Positions 39,190-55,299 of a stretch of DNA of 64,000 nt are shown here, in pieces; position 1 is the first letter of the stretch; each line of letters begins with the position of its first letter. Position numbers and translations under genes: made by a program. The notes below the pieces were generated by a model. It did no database searches. It was not told the DNA's origin and saw only the letters and a program-made list of their open reading frames with translations. The stretch spans positions 241,490,001-241,554,000 of the forward strand of contig OZ024741.1 of NCBI GenBank assembly GCA_964016885.1, given 5' to 3'. This stretch comes from Eledone cirrhosa. Its lineage: Eukaryota.

Positions 39190-40572
39190 CTACTATTTTT
39201 TAAGGCAATGCAAGCAACAACTATCTAATAATTAAATGATCATAGTGAATTACTGACAAGTGATTGACATTTTAAAGTTCTTTTGAGTATAATTGCAATC
39301 TAGTTGAGGCAACTGGCTTAATGACAAAGCTACGTCATTTCTGGATTACCTCCCCCTAGCGTCACGCTTACTACTCACTCACTTGAACACAAGATTTATC
39401 AGCAAACTTTGATTATAAACTTTTTCCCGCTGGACCAAATTTTTAGATTTTTAAGCCAAAAGATGCGTAATGATCTACTGTTCATGCTCGTATAAGTTTT
39501 ATCTCAGTTAAATAAAGTAGAGCCGCGCTGTACTGTCGTAAACAGACGATTGCCAACGAAAACACGACCACAACAATATTACTAAACGGACTACCGTCCG
39601 TTTAGGATACATATATATATATTTATATATATTTACTATTTTACTCTTTTACCTGTTCCAGCCATCCGGCTGAGGCCATGATATATATATATACAAATAT
39701 AAATTCAGCGAGAATCGCATTTCGGCGGGTAGAAAAAGCGAAACGAAACGCAAAATCAGAGTTATGCTGGCAAGCGCTCAATAGTTAAAAAACCAGAGCT
39801 AAACAATATGTTAAAACGCCATACAAAAGTGAAAAAGTGGTCAAGAAGGCATCAACCACTTAAGCCAAAAAACAAATCAAGCTAAACAGGTCAAACAAAA
39901 TAAATGATAAAATCATATATATATATATATACATATACACATATATAACCGACCTGGACCCATTGGAATTGATGGTAAAATCCAAATGCAGGGTTTCTAT
40001 GACACCTAAATCAATAATTCTGTCTGCTTAAAACTATAAGCTTTTGGTATAATGATCGAAAAAGGAATATCACGTTACCCGCAGGTATTTTGCTCTGCCC
40101 CAACTTTGTGAATGACGCAGGGCTTTGTAAAAGCACATGCATAACTCACAAGGGGAAAAACCCCAGATTTTGGTAAATGAATTCAGTATGTGTAAATAAT
40201 GCAAAAAATTGCATAAATAGCACAAATCGAATAAGCACTCAACCGGGTAGTTTTAAAATAAACTTATGCAATTGATATATATATATATTTGGTATAAATT
40301 GAAATTGTAGCCACAGTAGGGCAGATACCAATTAAATTGTTTAAGTCGGTTACAAAACATTCGATGGTGTAAAAAGTTAATATATTGTTCGGCCAGAGTA
40401 AAGTTAAAAAAGTGACACCATGAATACATTGACCAGATGTATGTGGTCATAGTGTATAGCCACAACAACGATAAATACAAACATAAATATATATATATAT
40501 ATATATATACAGAGAGAGAGACATATATATATATATGGAGAGAGAGACATATATATATATATATATGTAAAT

Positions 40573-40893
40573 GGAGGCACATGGCTTAGTGTTTAGAGCA
40601 TTGGCCTTGCAATCGAAAGGTTGTGAGTTCAATTCTCAGACCGGGTGATGTGTTGCTTCCTTGAGCAAGACACTTTATTTCACATTGCTCCAGTTTACTC
40701 AGCTGTAGAAATGAGATGATAGGGACTGGGGTCCATATCATTCCACTGTAAAGTGGTCGCGGAGGTGCCACAGCAAAAAAGCACCCAGCACTCACTGTAA
40801 ATGAGGTTGGTGTTAGGAAGGGCATCCTGCTGTAGAAATCAGGCCAGAATCAGTTCCCGCCACACCCTTGCAAGCAATGACATAAAATGGAAT
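40573..40893 (+). mobile_element. SINE S2 copy
   Basis: Aligns with 33002-33345. Confidence 0.88.
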
Positions 40894-40928
40894 GGATATA
40901 TATATATATACAGAGAGAGACGCACACG

Positions 40929-41005
<77 letters not shown>

Positions 41006-41047
41006 GTATATATATATATATACATACAGAAACAGAGAGAGAGATAG

Positions 41048-41088
<41 letters not shown>

Positions 41089-41119
41089 AAGAATCAAAGA
41101 ACTGTTCAAAACATTTTTG

Positions 41120-41166
41120 TGCTTACAACTGTTTCCTCCAAACCGAGGTTTGGATTCTTCGGAGCA
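41120..41166 (-). ncRNA. Hammerhead-like motif (family G) at the 3' end of a TA-flanked insert (~41088-41575)
   Basis: TGCT-CCGAAGA-A-TCCAAAC-CTCG-GTTTGGA-G-GAAA-CAGTTG-TA-AGCA; U4C variant. Confidence 0.55.
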
Positions 41167-41586
41167 ATTTATTAATGAATGGACAGTTATATGACCTCCT
41201 TTTCACCCAAGAGACATACAGATACATATGCAAATATTGTGGGTCAACATTCATTACAGCATTTAGGGTGGCAGTACACACTTAGAGATTACATTCATAT
41301 TAAAAGGTACAATCAAAAATCAAAAATACAGGTTAAAATACAACATGAAAATAAGCGGTTATATAGTGCAAATGTTATATGTGTGGGGCAAACACGTGCG
41401 TCTTGTTTATATAGTGTGGCAGAGAGTTACGTGTAGTAGAAGCACTTAGGTAGGTAAACAAGAGTGTTAGGTTGGTTGATCTGGTGGCAAATTCTTTATA
41501 TGATTGTTATAGTATGTGTGTGGAGAGATGATATAAGCATTAAAAATAGTGCAAGCATTAAAATATTAATACTATATATATATACA

Positions 41587-41754
41587 CAGGTAAAATTCCG
41601 TTATAACGAATACCATTATAACAAATTTTTTAGTATAACAATTTTTTTTTCAATCCCTGGCCACAAGTTCGATGTGTTAGGTCAAGCTTGTTATAAAGAA
41701 TATTTTGTTACAACAAAATGTTTTATGCTTCGTGAATTTTGTTGTAACGGAATT

Positions 41755-41760
<6 letters not shown>
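41587..41760. mobile_element. pogo/Tigger-like MITE
   Basis: CAGGTAAAATTCCGTTATAAC ... GTTGTAACGGAATTTCACT inverted ends, internal GTTATAAC-like repeats, TA context. Confidence 0.65.
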
Positions 41761-41843
<83 letters not shown>

Positions 41844-42459
41844 CTATCTATTTATATATATTATTATACTTTGGGAGGGTCATGTTGCCAATAAAAACAC
41901 AAGCAACATGACCCTCCCAAACTATAACAATATCTGTTTCAACACACGTTTTCAGATAAGAAAACTCGCGAAACAAATTCAAAAACGAATTATATATATA
42001 TATAAATTTCGTATTTCTAAAGAAATACGGCTTTATGAAGCGGTAGCTATGCAAACACTGGTGGTGGTGGTGGTGGGGTTATCGCCCTCTTGTGGTGTCC
42101 AGCAGAAGCAAGGGGGACAACCGTCTATGCATTTCAGGCTTGACTGGCCTTCGTCAGGACTGTCCCTCCCAATGCTGGACTTGAAAACAGTCTATACATC
42201 TATACATATATATATAGAACTGATGTTGTTTGTGTGTGTCCTCATTTTTGCAAAGTCTATACAAATCCACATTCCTACTCCGATTGACTTCAAACTTGCA
42301 TTTATATATTCCTTGCAGTCTAAAGATATTAACTGCAGCTTTTATTTTTAAATTTTCTGTTGTTAAAGGGGTGTTAGGCGCTGGTTATCCATCTCCGTCG
42401 CGCCCTTATAATATCTGTCTGTATGCTTGGCTGTCTGCATTACGACATTCTGACAAACA

Positions 42460-42666
42460 TTGATGACGTGTTATGTTCGCTATTTTCCGTTCATTGTCAG
42501 GGAACGTCTTCACGAAACAAAGTATCGTCTTCCTGTTTTCCTTCGGTTGCAACGTTTTTCAAAATATTTACTTCTGCATTCACAGATTGATATTTTTAGT
42601 TCCAGAAGATCCCGTTAAGGGTGAAAGCAGCGATTCTTTGCTTAAACTTTAATCTGTTATTTTAAT
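42460..42666 (+). mobile_element. Family D pLTR fragment
   Basis: Reverse complement of 36375-36580; ends CTGTTATTTTAATATAT. Confidence 0.82.
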
Positions 42667-43849
42667 ATATAATATAAGCGAGGCAAGCCAGCCCAGTTGC
42701 ACTTCTTGCCAATAAACATTAACCCTTTGTGCGCCATTCATCTAACTGTAGACCAGCAAATACCAAGTAAACGGAGCATTGACAAGAACGAAGGCAAATG
42801 AATCTTCGATGTAAGCTTTTTTCTCCCGAGCTGTTAGTTCACGCGGGATTCTCTACTACACTTTTTCGTAATAATACCGAACAACGTACTGCTGGTCACT
42901 CCTTCCTCCAAAAACCGTACAAAGCGGACATGTGCATCGGGCAGATGGATCAGGTGCAAAAATATATTTTGATGAGTTGTAGTGCACCTGAGCACTGTAC
43001 ACAATAATTTCATTATGATTATATATATATCATCATTTAGCATTGTTTTTTTTAATGTTAGCAAAAGGTTATATAGGGTGTTCCAAAAATCACCAATAAA
43101 CATCACATGACAATGACATATAAATACGTAGCTAACGTTTGGTTCAATGATGTGTTTTCCAGTTGTTTGATTAATGGAACAGCTTGCTCATGAAAATTAA
43201 CATGTAAGTGGCTGAGCATGCCACAGACTTGTGAGTATTTAACGTTAGGAAGGTTGAAACATGATACAGTGTGTGATAAGGCAGGCCCTTTGAATTACAG
43301 GTACATTTCTTCTAAATAGTTTCTATCTATGCAATTTCCCTGTTAGAACCCGCACACCCATTAGACCCTGCTCCATTTCTCCATCCAACCTATGCCAACG
43401 TGGACAGATTCAGTGGACCTTCTTTGATTCATGTCCTTTCAAGCTCCTGTCCCCTGTAATTACCCCACCTCCACAATTTACTCTTCCCACTTATACCTTT
43501 CTCTTCCCTTTCCTCAGCCAACCCATGTCAACATAAAATGCTAAGGCTGACCTACTCTGATATAATTTCCCTGTCCATTACATGTCCCCTTTTCTTTCAC
43601 ACTCACATCCACAACTCACCTTTCTTGTCCAACATGGAAAGCCAGGCACCTTCCACAATATGTCAGTCACCACTCACTTCATTCAGGGTCATCCCATAAT
43701 TCAGCAGTTCCTTCTTCCATGGTGGGATGCCTCTCTTGCTACCCACCCAACAATTGGCATATAGCCTGTTCCCCTCTCCCCATATCTGGCCTTGTCTCAG
43801 AGCATGACCACTTATTTGGCCCAAGCAAGCATTGGAAAGTCATTTAATA

Positions 43850-44037
43850 ATTGTTTCTACTTTTGGCACAAGGCCAGCAAACACCCATTACATTACTGGT
43901 ATTTTATTTTATAGACCCCGTAAGAATGAAAGGCAAAGTTAACCTCGGTAGGATTTGAACTCAGAAGGGCAAGGGCCGTAACTCTATGCGTCAAAGGATG
44001 GCGTCTGACCCTCTACCGATACTGCCAATCCACTGCC
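43850..44037 (-). mobile_element. SINE S1 copy inside degenerate RTE-like sequence
   Basis: Reverse complement of 13631-13822; flanked by the repeat AAAGTCATTTAATAAT (43836, 44056). Confidence 0.85.
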
Positions 44038-44559
44038 CTTGCCAATCCACTGCCCAAAGTCATTTAATAATGAGAATGTGCACCATCTCCCTCATTACCA
44101 GATCCTTGATGCACCTATTCTGTTGAACCCATGTAGGCATGGAGGGCCACACACATTCCACAGCATACTGCTAAGTACAACTCACTTCAATGCCACACCT
44201 ATGATGTGCCAGTTGCTCTCCCACACCCATAGCAAGCAACATGTCAGCCAGACATGATAGAAAAACCACTATTCTACCCTGTAGGAGCGTTGTGCTAATG
44301 CCACAACAAAAGCAACCAGTCCACCCTGTAAAGTGTTAGTGCTGGTACCATGAAAAAAAAAATACCCAGCTCACCCGTTAAGCTGGTCATATTGTGCCAC
44401 AACTAAAAACACCCAAGCCTAAAATGGAGCATATTAGTAACATGTGGTCTCCAGACCTGTCTGGCTTCAGGAAGTGACAACATGTATGACCCATGCAAGC
44501 AAGGAAAATAGATGTTAAACCATGATGATGATATATGTGCATCAGTGTAACTGTATATG

Positions 44560-47310
<2,751 letters not shown>

Positions 47311-47725
47311 TGTAATAGTATACCATAACATTTATACACCACCTCCATCATAATATGGAGAGAGAGAGAGAGAGAGAGAAGTATATGAACCTGTGTTTAG
47401 CTGAGAGGTAGGTTAAACAAATCAATAAGTACCTTACAGGTAAGCCAATGATATGTAACAATAAACTGGTTGTCATGTAGGCCACCTCTTCCTCTTCCTC
47501 CAGTTGTGGCATGGGGATTGACACACTCACCATATATACCTACCCTCCACCCTCATTCACACACATACAAACTCCTATAAACACATATTTTTCACTGATG
47601 TAAACCTAGTGTCTCTCAATGGTCTCTCTCTCTCTTTCTCCATCTGTCTGTATCCTCCCCTCCTTGTCTGAATGTCTGTCTACCTGACTTTCTGTCCCTT
47701 TCTCCAGATAGATAGATATACTTCT

Positions 47726-47790
<65 letters not shown>

Positions 47791-47794
<4 letters not shown>

Positions 47795-48243
47795 GATATA
47801 TTAACAAATGGAAACTATATTTATAAAACCATATTTATTTCATTATACATATTTCAAGGACACCAAGCCAAATTATGGTGCGCTTTCATCAGATAAAATA
47901 TAATATAGATCAGTTTTATAAATAAATATTGACATACCCTTAAAGAATGCGACCATTACTGTTGGAAGCTCCAGGGAGCTTCCAACAGTAATGGTCGCAT
48001 TCTTTAAGGGTATGTCAATATTTATTTATAAAACTGATCTATATTATATTTTATCTGATGAAAGCGCACCATAATTTGGCTTGGTGTCCTTGAAATATGT
48101 ATAATGAAATAAATATGGTTTTATAAATATAGTTTCCATTTGTTAATATATCGTATTTTTACTCCAATAATTTGTTGAGTGCTTTATACCAGTTATATAA
48201 ATATTTGCTTGTTGTATCCCAACAATTTAAATATAACTTCTAC
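47791..48243. mobile_element. Fold-back pLTR insertion, family A2
   Basis: Perfect 182-bp arms 47791-47972 / 47975-48156, 2-nt spacer, 87-nt tail, (TA)n both sides. Confidence 0.82.
48047..48111 (+). ncRNA. Type I hammerhead ribozyme (mirror 47836-47900, minus)
   Basis: TATTTTAT-CTGATGA-AAGCGCACCA..TGGTGTCCTT-GAAA-TATGTA-TA-ATGAAATA. Confidence 0.85.
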
Positions 48244-48395
48244 ATATATATATATATATATTAATCATTTTATGTCCACTTTACCATTCTATTCTAATAT
48301 ATATATATATATATATATGTTGAGCAATACTCATATCCATGCTACATGGAGTTCTAACAGTGTTATTGGTCCCTCTGTAACTAGGTAAATACCAG

Positions 48396-48457
<62 letters not shown>

Positions 48458-49260
48458 CACATCCATACATGTGCTACTATTAAATTAGACATGACCTGGA
48501 CCAATACTGATTGAAGCCTATCAAAGTTTTGAAGATGAAAAAAACTTGTCAACACTTAATTTTAAATCTTCAATTTTTAGGTTTTAATTCTTATTAATTC
48601 TTTTTAATTGTATTACTCAACATTTGATAAGATGAATTTTACTAATACACCGAAACCGGTTATACTTTATAAAACTCTTTTTTAAAAGAATTGTCCCTCT
48701 CATTTTTTCAATAATGTCACTTTGACGAATCAAAGAAAGGAAAAAGAAGAAAAACAGACCCTTAAATATATTTTCGATGCTATTTCCAATTTCCCCTTAT
48801 CCTTCTCTCTCTATATAAACATATAATAGAGATTACTTCATTTTCAAATTCGGCTAGTAGTTTGTTGCTAGGTGGATTCTTCTTAGATTTGAATCATCAT
48901 CAATCATCATCAACGTTTAACGTCATACATATATATATATTAAGAACAAAACAGGGTTTCGCAATAAGATTTTTATTGATTATGCACAGTTACAACTGTT
49001 TCACAGTTAGATGGCTCAGGATCTATGTTAATGTTATAGATTTGACACCAGCTGCAATCTTCTCATCATACTTGTTAATCAAACAAAACCAAAATCTCAG
49101 ATTGGGTTTGAGATTTAATGATTAACTTTTTCTCTGTCAGATTAAAGAAAAAATAAACTTTAAATATACCTTTGTGCCGTTTCATTTTTCCTTTTTACCT
49201 ATAACCTTTGATTCATATGGAACTTTGCCTTCCTTTTCATATATATATTATGTATATATA

Positions 49261-49625
49261 CAGTGTACCCCTGGCATTCGTAGTCCTAACATTTGCAGTC
49301 CTGGTTATTCGCGGAATTTTCCTTAAAACCAAACTGATAACTGTATATTTGTGGAATTGTAAATATCTTTCGCGATATTTTTTATGGCTTTTTACGTGGG
49401 AATATATATATTTTTAAATGCTAAATTATTAATAACAATATACTGTATTTGCCGGCTTATTTGACATCCCTTCACATAAGATGCTCCCTATTTTTTTGTT
49501 ATATTTTACATTATATTTTGATGTTTATAGGCATTTTTATAGACCACGTCCAATATTTGCAGTTTTTCACACTTCACAGGTGCTCTAGGAAAGTAATCCC
49601 TGTGAATACCGGCGGGGAGCGACTG
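49261..49625. mobile_element. Tigger-like MITE
   Basis: TA|CAGTGTACCCCTGGCATTCG ... GAATACCGGCGGGGAGCGACTG|TA degenerate TIRs. Confidence 0.6.
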
Positions 49626-49749
49626 TATATATATAAAATATGTGATTATTGTGTAGTATGTCACTATTTTCTTTGGTCAAATGAGAGAAGCTCCAATACA
49701 CATAAATTTCATATCCTTGAAATTTTTATAATATGAAATATATATATAT

Positions 49750-50184
49750 ATGAATGTATGTATAGTATATTTGGCAATATACCGTATGTTTAATTAAAAA
49801 CATTTAGAAGACAATATGCTATCGGTTTTAAAGTAGTGACTGTGTCACTTACTTCTTTTCGGCGAAAGAAGGGAGAGAAGCTAACAGTCTGTTTCACGCT
49901 GGTTGGCAATCATCAGAGCCACGCACCCCCTGCTTCCACCGAAAATTATAGAAGCTGGATTCTTATAGAATTCCAGTGCGTGGCTCGGATGATCGCTGAC
50001 CAGCATGAAACAGACTGTTAGCATCTCTCCCTTCTTTCACCGAAAAGAAGTAAGTGACATAGTCACTACTTTAAAACCGATAGCGTATGGTCTTCTAAAT
50101 GTTCTTAATTAAACATAAGGTATATTGCCAAATATACTATACATACATTCATGTATACATCGCTATTTCAGAGCACCAATCCTA
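49750..50184. mobile_element. Older fold-back pLTR insertion, family F
   Basis: 177-bp diverged arms 49750-49926 / 49976-50152, ~32-nt tail; hammerhead GGCT-CTGATGA-TTGCCAACCAGCGT-GAAA-CAGACTG-TT-AGCT at 49879-49920 (minus). Confidence 0.78.
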
Positions 50185-50195
50185 ATATATATATA

Positions 50196-50542
50196 TCATT
50201 TTCATCATCATCATTTCATTTTACGTCCGCTTTTTCCCTGCTTGCAAGGGTGGGACGGGAACTGATTCTGGCTTGATTTCTACAGCTGGATGCCCTTCCT
50301 AACACCAACCTCATTTACAGTGAGTGCTGGGTGCTTTTTTGCCGTGGCACCTCCACGACCACTTTGCAGTGGAATGATAGGGACCCCAGTCCCTATCATC
50401 TCATTTCTACAGCTGAGTAAACTGGAGCAATGTGAAATAAAGTGTCTTGCTCAAGGAAACAACACATCACCCAGTTTGAGAATTGAACTCACAACCTTTC
50501 GATTGCAAGGCCAATGCTCTAACCACTAAGCCATGTGCCTCC
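50196..50542 (-). mobile_element. SINE S2 copy
   Basis: Reverse complement of 33002-33345. Confidence 0.9.
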
Positions 50543-50860
50543 ATATATATATATATATAATACAAATATAACTAGGAAATAAGTTTAATTATTTGGAAGC
50601 CCAACAATGTGTGTGAGATTATAAGTATCAAGGTAATAAGAATTAAAGAAAATAGGACAAAGAACTGAGAAAAGAGTGAGAACGGTAGAATTTTACCTTA
50701 GCAATAACGGGGCATATAAACCCACTGATACTCATCTTTTTCCAATGGGTTTATATGTACCATTATTAAAAGTATTATAGCGAAGCCTTCTATTTTTACT
50801 TCAATTTCAAACTTTGCTTGCCACTTTCTAAACATAATTCATTTATATATATATATATAT

Positions 50861-51064
50861 AACGAAGGAAATGTGGTAAGGAACCAGGTGGACCATATCG
50901 CACCAAAGTACTCAATACTTAGGGTAGTAGCGTGGGTAATAGGAATGAGTAGGACCCCGACGGCTGAGCTCAAGCCGTTTCGACGGCTAATTCTGGACTA
51001 ATTCAGTCCAGAATTAGCCGTCGAAACGGCTTGAGCTCAGCCGTCGGGGTCCTACTCGTTCCTA
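50861..51064. mobile_element. Fold-back pLTR insertion, family C
   Basis: 60-bp arms 50940-50999 / 51005-51064, 79-nt tail; hammerhead 3' half GAAA-CGGCT-TGAGCTC-AGCCG-TC-GGGGTCC. Confidence 0.8.
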
Positions 51065-51109
51065 TATATATATATATATATATATACTTCATTTATATAC
51101 ATATAAATA

Positions 51110-51226
51110 ATTGTTTCTACTTTTGGCACAAGGCCAGCAATTACCCCAGTGTATTACTGATACTTTATTTTATCGACCCCGTAAGGATGAAAGGCAAAGT
51201 TAACCTCGGCGTGATTTGAACTCAGA
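51110..51226 (-). mobile_element. SINE S1, truncated
   Basis: 3' half of S1. Confidence 0.8.
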
Positions 51227-51562
51227 TCATATATATATATATAAATAATGTTAAACAGCATTTTTTTTTACAACTATTTCAAAGGAAAAAACAGATAAAA
51301 ATATTTATCATTATACTGAATAATTAATGACGTTTATGTAACTCCATAGTATTAGCCTTGTTCATCCTCTGAAACATGGATGAACAGCAGGGTGGATATC
51401 TTCAGGTTAATACTAAGGAGTTACATAAAGGTCTCTTCTATGAAAGAGAAGAGAAGGAACACATCCATTCCAAGATGGCTTGATTGAGTAACTGACATCA
51501 ATGAAACACATGTCTTCTGTTAGATGGATCATTTTATGTAATAAATAACTGTATATATATAT

Positions 51563-52968
51563 ATCATCATCATCATCATCACCGTTTTACGTCCGTTCTT
51601 CCACGCTAGCATGGGTTAGACGGGTTGTCCTGTTGTGGGCAGTGTCTGGTCGGCTGACCATGCCTTGCTCATACAGGAACTGATCTGGCTTGATTTCTAC
51701 AGCTGGATGCCCTTCCTAACACCAACCTCATTTACAGTGAGTGCTGGGTGCTTTTTCGTGGCGCCTACACGTCCACTTTACAGTGTGGGCTGGGTGCTTT
51801 TTTGCCGTGGCACCTCCACGACCACCTTGCGGTGGGGGGGGGGGGGGCATATTGTTTATATGCTTCAGCATGTACCCATGGGAGGTCGGGTACCCTGTAT
51901 TACTGCGTGACGCCAGAAGTCACGGTCGTGTGTCATTGACTTTGAGAGGTGTAGTTGGGTAAGGTCGGCTTTTATCACCTCATCCCAAGTCATCTTGGGT
52001 CTCCCCACTCCGCGGTTTCCATCAACTTCTAGTGCTCTGCACCTTTTTATGCAGCTGTCATCCTTCATACGCATCACATGTCCATACCAGCGTAACCGCC
52101 TCTCCTGCACGCAGCATTTGATTCCTCTTATGCTCAGTCTCTCTCTCAATTCATTTATGCTTTGTCGTTCACGTATATTACTGTTAGACATCCATCGGAG
52201 CATGCAGGCTTCGTTTCTCTCTAATCTACGTAAGTCTTCCACCTTCAGCGCCCAGGTCTCACTACCATGCAACATCGCTGTTCGGATACACGCATCATAC
52301 AGTCTGCCTTTCATTCTGAGGGAGAAGCCTTTTGCAGCTAGCAGTGGTAGTAGTTCCCTAAACTTCTTCCATCCCGTTCTTACCCTAGTTATTGTACTTT
52401 CTGAGCACCCACCTCCGTTGCTAATTCGGTCACCTAGGTAGCAGAAGCTGTCTACTGTTTCTACAGGGCCCTCCCAGAGATTGGTGGTACTTGTTTCCTG
52501 TGGCTGTTTGCTTGCTGTTTCAGCACAGCTGCTGCATGTGAATCCTACATTCTTAATTAAGCTTCCTGAGATCCCGCTACATCTCTTGTGTACCCATTGT
52601 TTGCATTTGGGGCAGAGAATGGAGTTCCTACCTACACCTTTCCTACATACTGAGCAAGGCCATTTCCCTGAGGGGATCTGGGTTCTGTTTTCTCGTCTAC
52701 TTATAAGGACCTTAGTCTTTGTCATGTTGACTTTGAGGCCCTTTCTCTCTAGTCCCTGCTTCCAGGTTTGGAATTTATTCTCTAGTTCTACCATAGATTC
52801 AGCTATGAGTGCGAGGTCATCAGCATACAGGAGTTCCCATGGGCATCCGGTCTTAAACTCCTCCGTTATTGCCTGCAGGACTATGATGAACAGGAGAGGG
52901 CTAAGAACAGAGCCCTGGTGGACCCCAACCTGTACGCTAAATTCCTCGCTATACTCATTGCCAATCCT
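51563..52968 (-). mobile_element. 5'-truncated RTE LINE (family R1), ORF open 52968-51865
   Basis: GVHQGSVLSPLLF, YADD, PHD finger, FCYLG, MLHGSETW, RRLRWYGH, GRPK; (GAT)n tail. Confidence 0.95.
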
Positions 52969-52991
52969 AATGTATATATATACATGTATAA

Positions 52992-53165
52992 CATCATCAT
53001 CATCATCATTGTTTAACGTCCACTTTCTATGCTAGCATGGGTTAGACAGGTTGTCCCATTTGAAACAATTTAAGTCAGGTAACCATGTCTTGCTCATATA
53101 GGACTGTTTCTGGCTAGATTTCTACAGCTGGATTCCCTTCCTAATATCAACCACTTTACAGTTTG
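52992..53165 (-). mobile_element. RTE-type 3' tail fragment
   Basis: (CAT)n TTTAACGTCC..GCTAGCATGGGTTAGAC. Confidence 0.7.
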
Positions 53166-53213
53166 GCCTGGGTATATGTAAATATGTATATCTATATATA
53201 CTTTAGGAATGCA

Positions 53214-53264
<51 letters not shown>

Positions 53265-53662
53265 AACAGATATTAAAAATGAAAAAAACACAGTAGAAAA
53301 TGCAAGAGGGATTTTTTTCAGTATAACATCAAAACATTTATTTACAAACTAGGAATTTCTGCATTTAATTGTATTAGTTTCAGCCTTATATACTTTTTCA
53401 ACGACGGAAGTGTATAGTGCAGTTAAATTGCATATTAATAAGAATAATAATAAAATTGAGAAAAAACTTTTTAGTTTTTACATACATATTTAGGGAGGTA
53501 AGTTCATATTTTTGTCCATAGTTTTCTTTCATTCTCTGTTAGTGTTGACCAACAGTGGTGGTAGCAGTTTAAGTTGCTGGCTTCGACTGAGATGCTGTGC
53601 TAAAATAGACCTAACCAACCCATGCATCTGTGGAAAAACAGACGTAAAAACAATGATGTTGA

Positions 53663-53809
53663 ATATTCTTTATTATGGCTATGTGGTAAGTTACTGTGGA
53701 GTTTCATCTGTGCACTCACATGATCATCAAATAAGACTTGTATGATAATTCTATGAGTACACAGGTGAAAATCCAGAGTAACTTACCCCATAGCCATAAT
53801 AACGAATAT
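53663..53809. repeat. ~147-bp palindromic element (probable MITE)
   Basis: ~56-bp imperfect arms TTATTATGGCTATG.GGTAAGTTACT.. / ..AGTAACTTACC.CATAGCCATAATAA. Confidence 0.75.
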
Positions 53810-54492
53810 ATATATAACAATGATAGTGAGTAAAATCGAAGTTGCAGCTCTCCAAAGAACAATCCTCAGAAGCTTTCACGAGCACTCGATACCAATAAAT
53901 AGATAAGTTAAATCACAGAATAATAAACATATGTTAAAGGTGTGGCTTGGTAAAGAATGTCACAACAGCCACTACAACAACGAAAATACAAACAGATATA
54001 TATATAAGTTGACGAGGTTATAGTATCAACTATTACACACCCAATGAAATATGGAATGAACTTTTAAGGAACAAAACCTGTCTCAGAGTGTTTACCAAGT
54101 GTATGTTTGTAATATGGCAATGTATATATATATATAATGTGATGCTTTTTATATATATATATAAAATGTGATGCAAAAATTACTTTTCCTTTTTAAACTT
54201 GAATAACATCATCAACCGTAATATACCATTTGTGTTTGTATATTTATATATACTTTCGTCTGCAATTCAAAATTTTACACGTAAACATACACCCACATAC
54301 TCACACATACTCTTAAGAGACATGTTGCTACAATAAGTACATAGTTTAGTTCTGTAATGAGTAAAATGGGTAAAATATAAAAAGAAATGATTTATTTGAT
54401 ACTTCAATACAATAATTTATCTTTGATTAATAAAGTATTAATTCAGTGTGGAATATCATACATGAATTAAATATTATGTTAGTACTTTGAAG

Positions 54493-54656
<164 letters not shown>

Positions 54657-55299
54657 AACATCATCATGAAAATCACCATAATGTCTGCTGCTTTCTCTGC
54701 TAGTAAGGGCTGGACAGAACGCTTTATTTTAATGATCTTAGCCATTTATCTATTCATTCATGAAATCGTCTGCTTCTTGTTTCAATTCCAGTGTACATGT
54801 TAGGCAATTGTCTTCTACTGTAGCTTCAGTTTAACCAATACCACGCAAGTGTACTTGCATTGACAGAGCTTGTGTTATTTCTACATTACAATACCATAGC
54901 CAATAACTATGTATGGAACCTTAATTGTTGATGGATTTGTTGTGGTGCCTTAGTGACATTTTACCTTAGCAGAGCCCTTATTCTCTTCAGGTCTGAACAC
55001 AGCCAATTTCTTCCAGAGAGAGAGAGAGGGGGGGGGGGCTATAGAAAATGAATCAGTCCCAGAACTGGATTGCTATTTTTTCTATCAACCTCAAAAAGAT
55101 TAAAAGCAAGTTTGATCTCTGCGGAATTTGAACTCAAAGAGTACAGAGAGGCAGAACAAATATTACAAAGTAATCTGTCCAACATTCTAATGACTCTCCC
55201 AATTCACCACCTATAATTAATATAAGTATTGATTAAATTATAGATTATGTGGTCAGCATTGTTCAATTCATAGGACAGTGTGTCTATATATATTCTAGT

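Noticed and set aside
42719-43007. piggyBac remnant (TTAACCCTT start, Cys/His-rich ending)
   Set aside because: No matching right TIR and motifs too degraded to support
54680-54780. Tigger transposase fragment (FSASKGW.ERF)
   Set aside because: Single short motif, no TIRs or further homology
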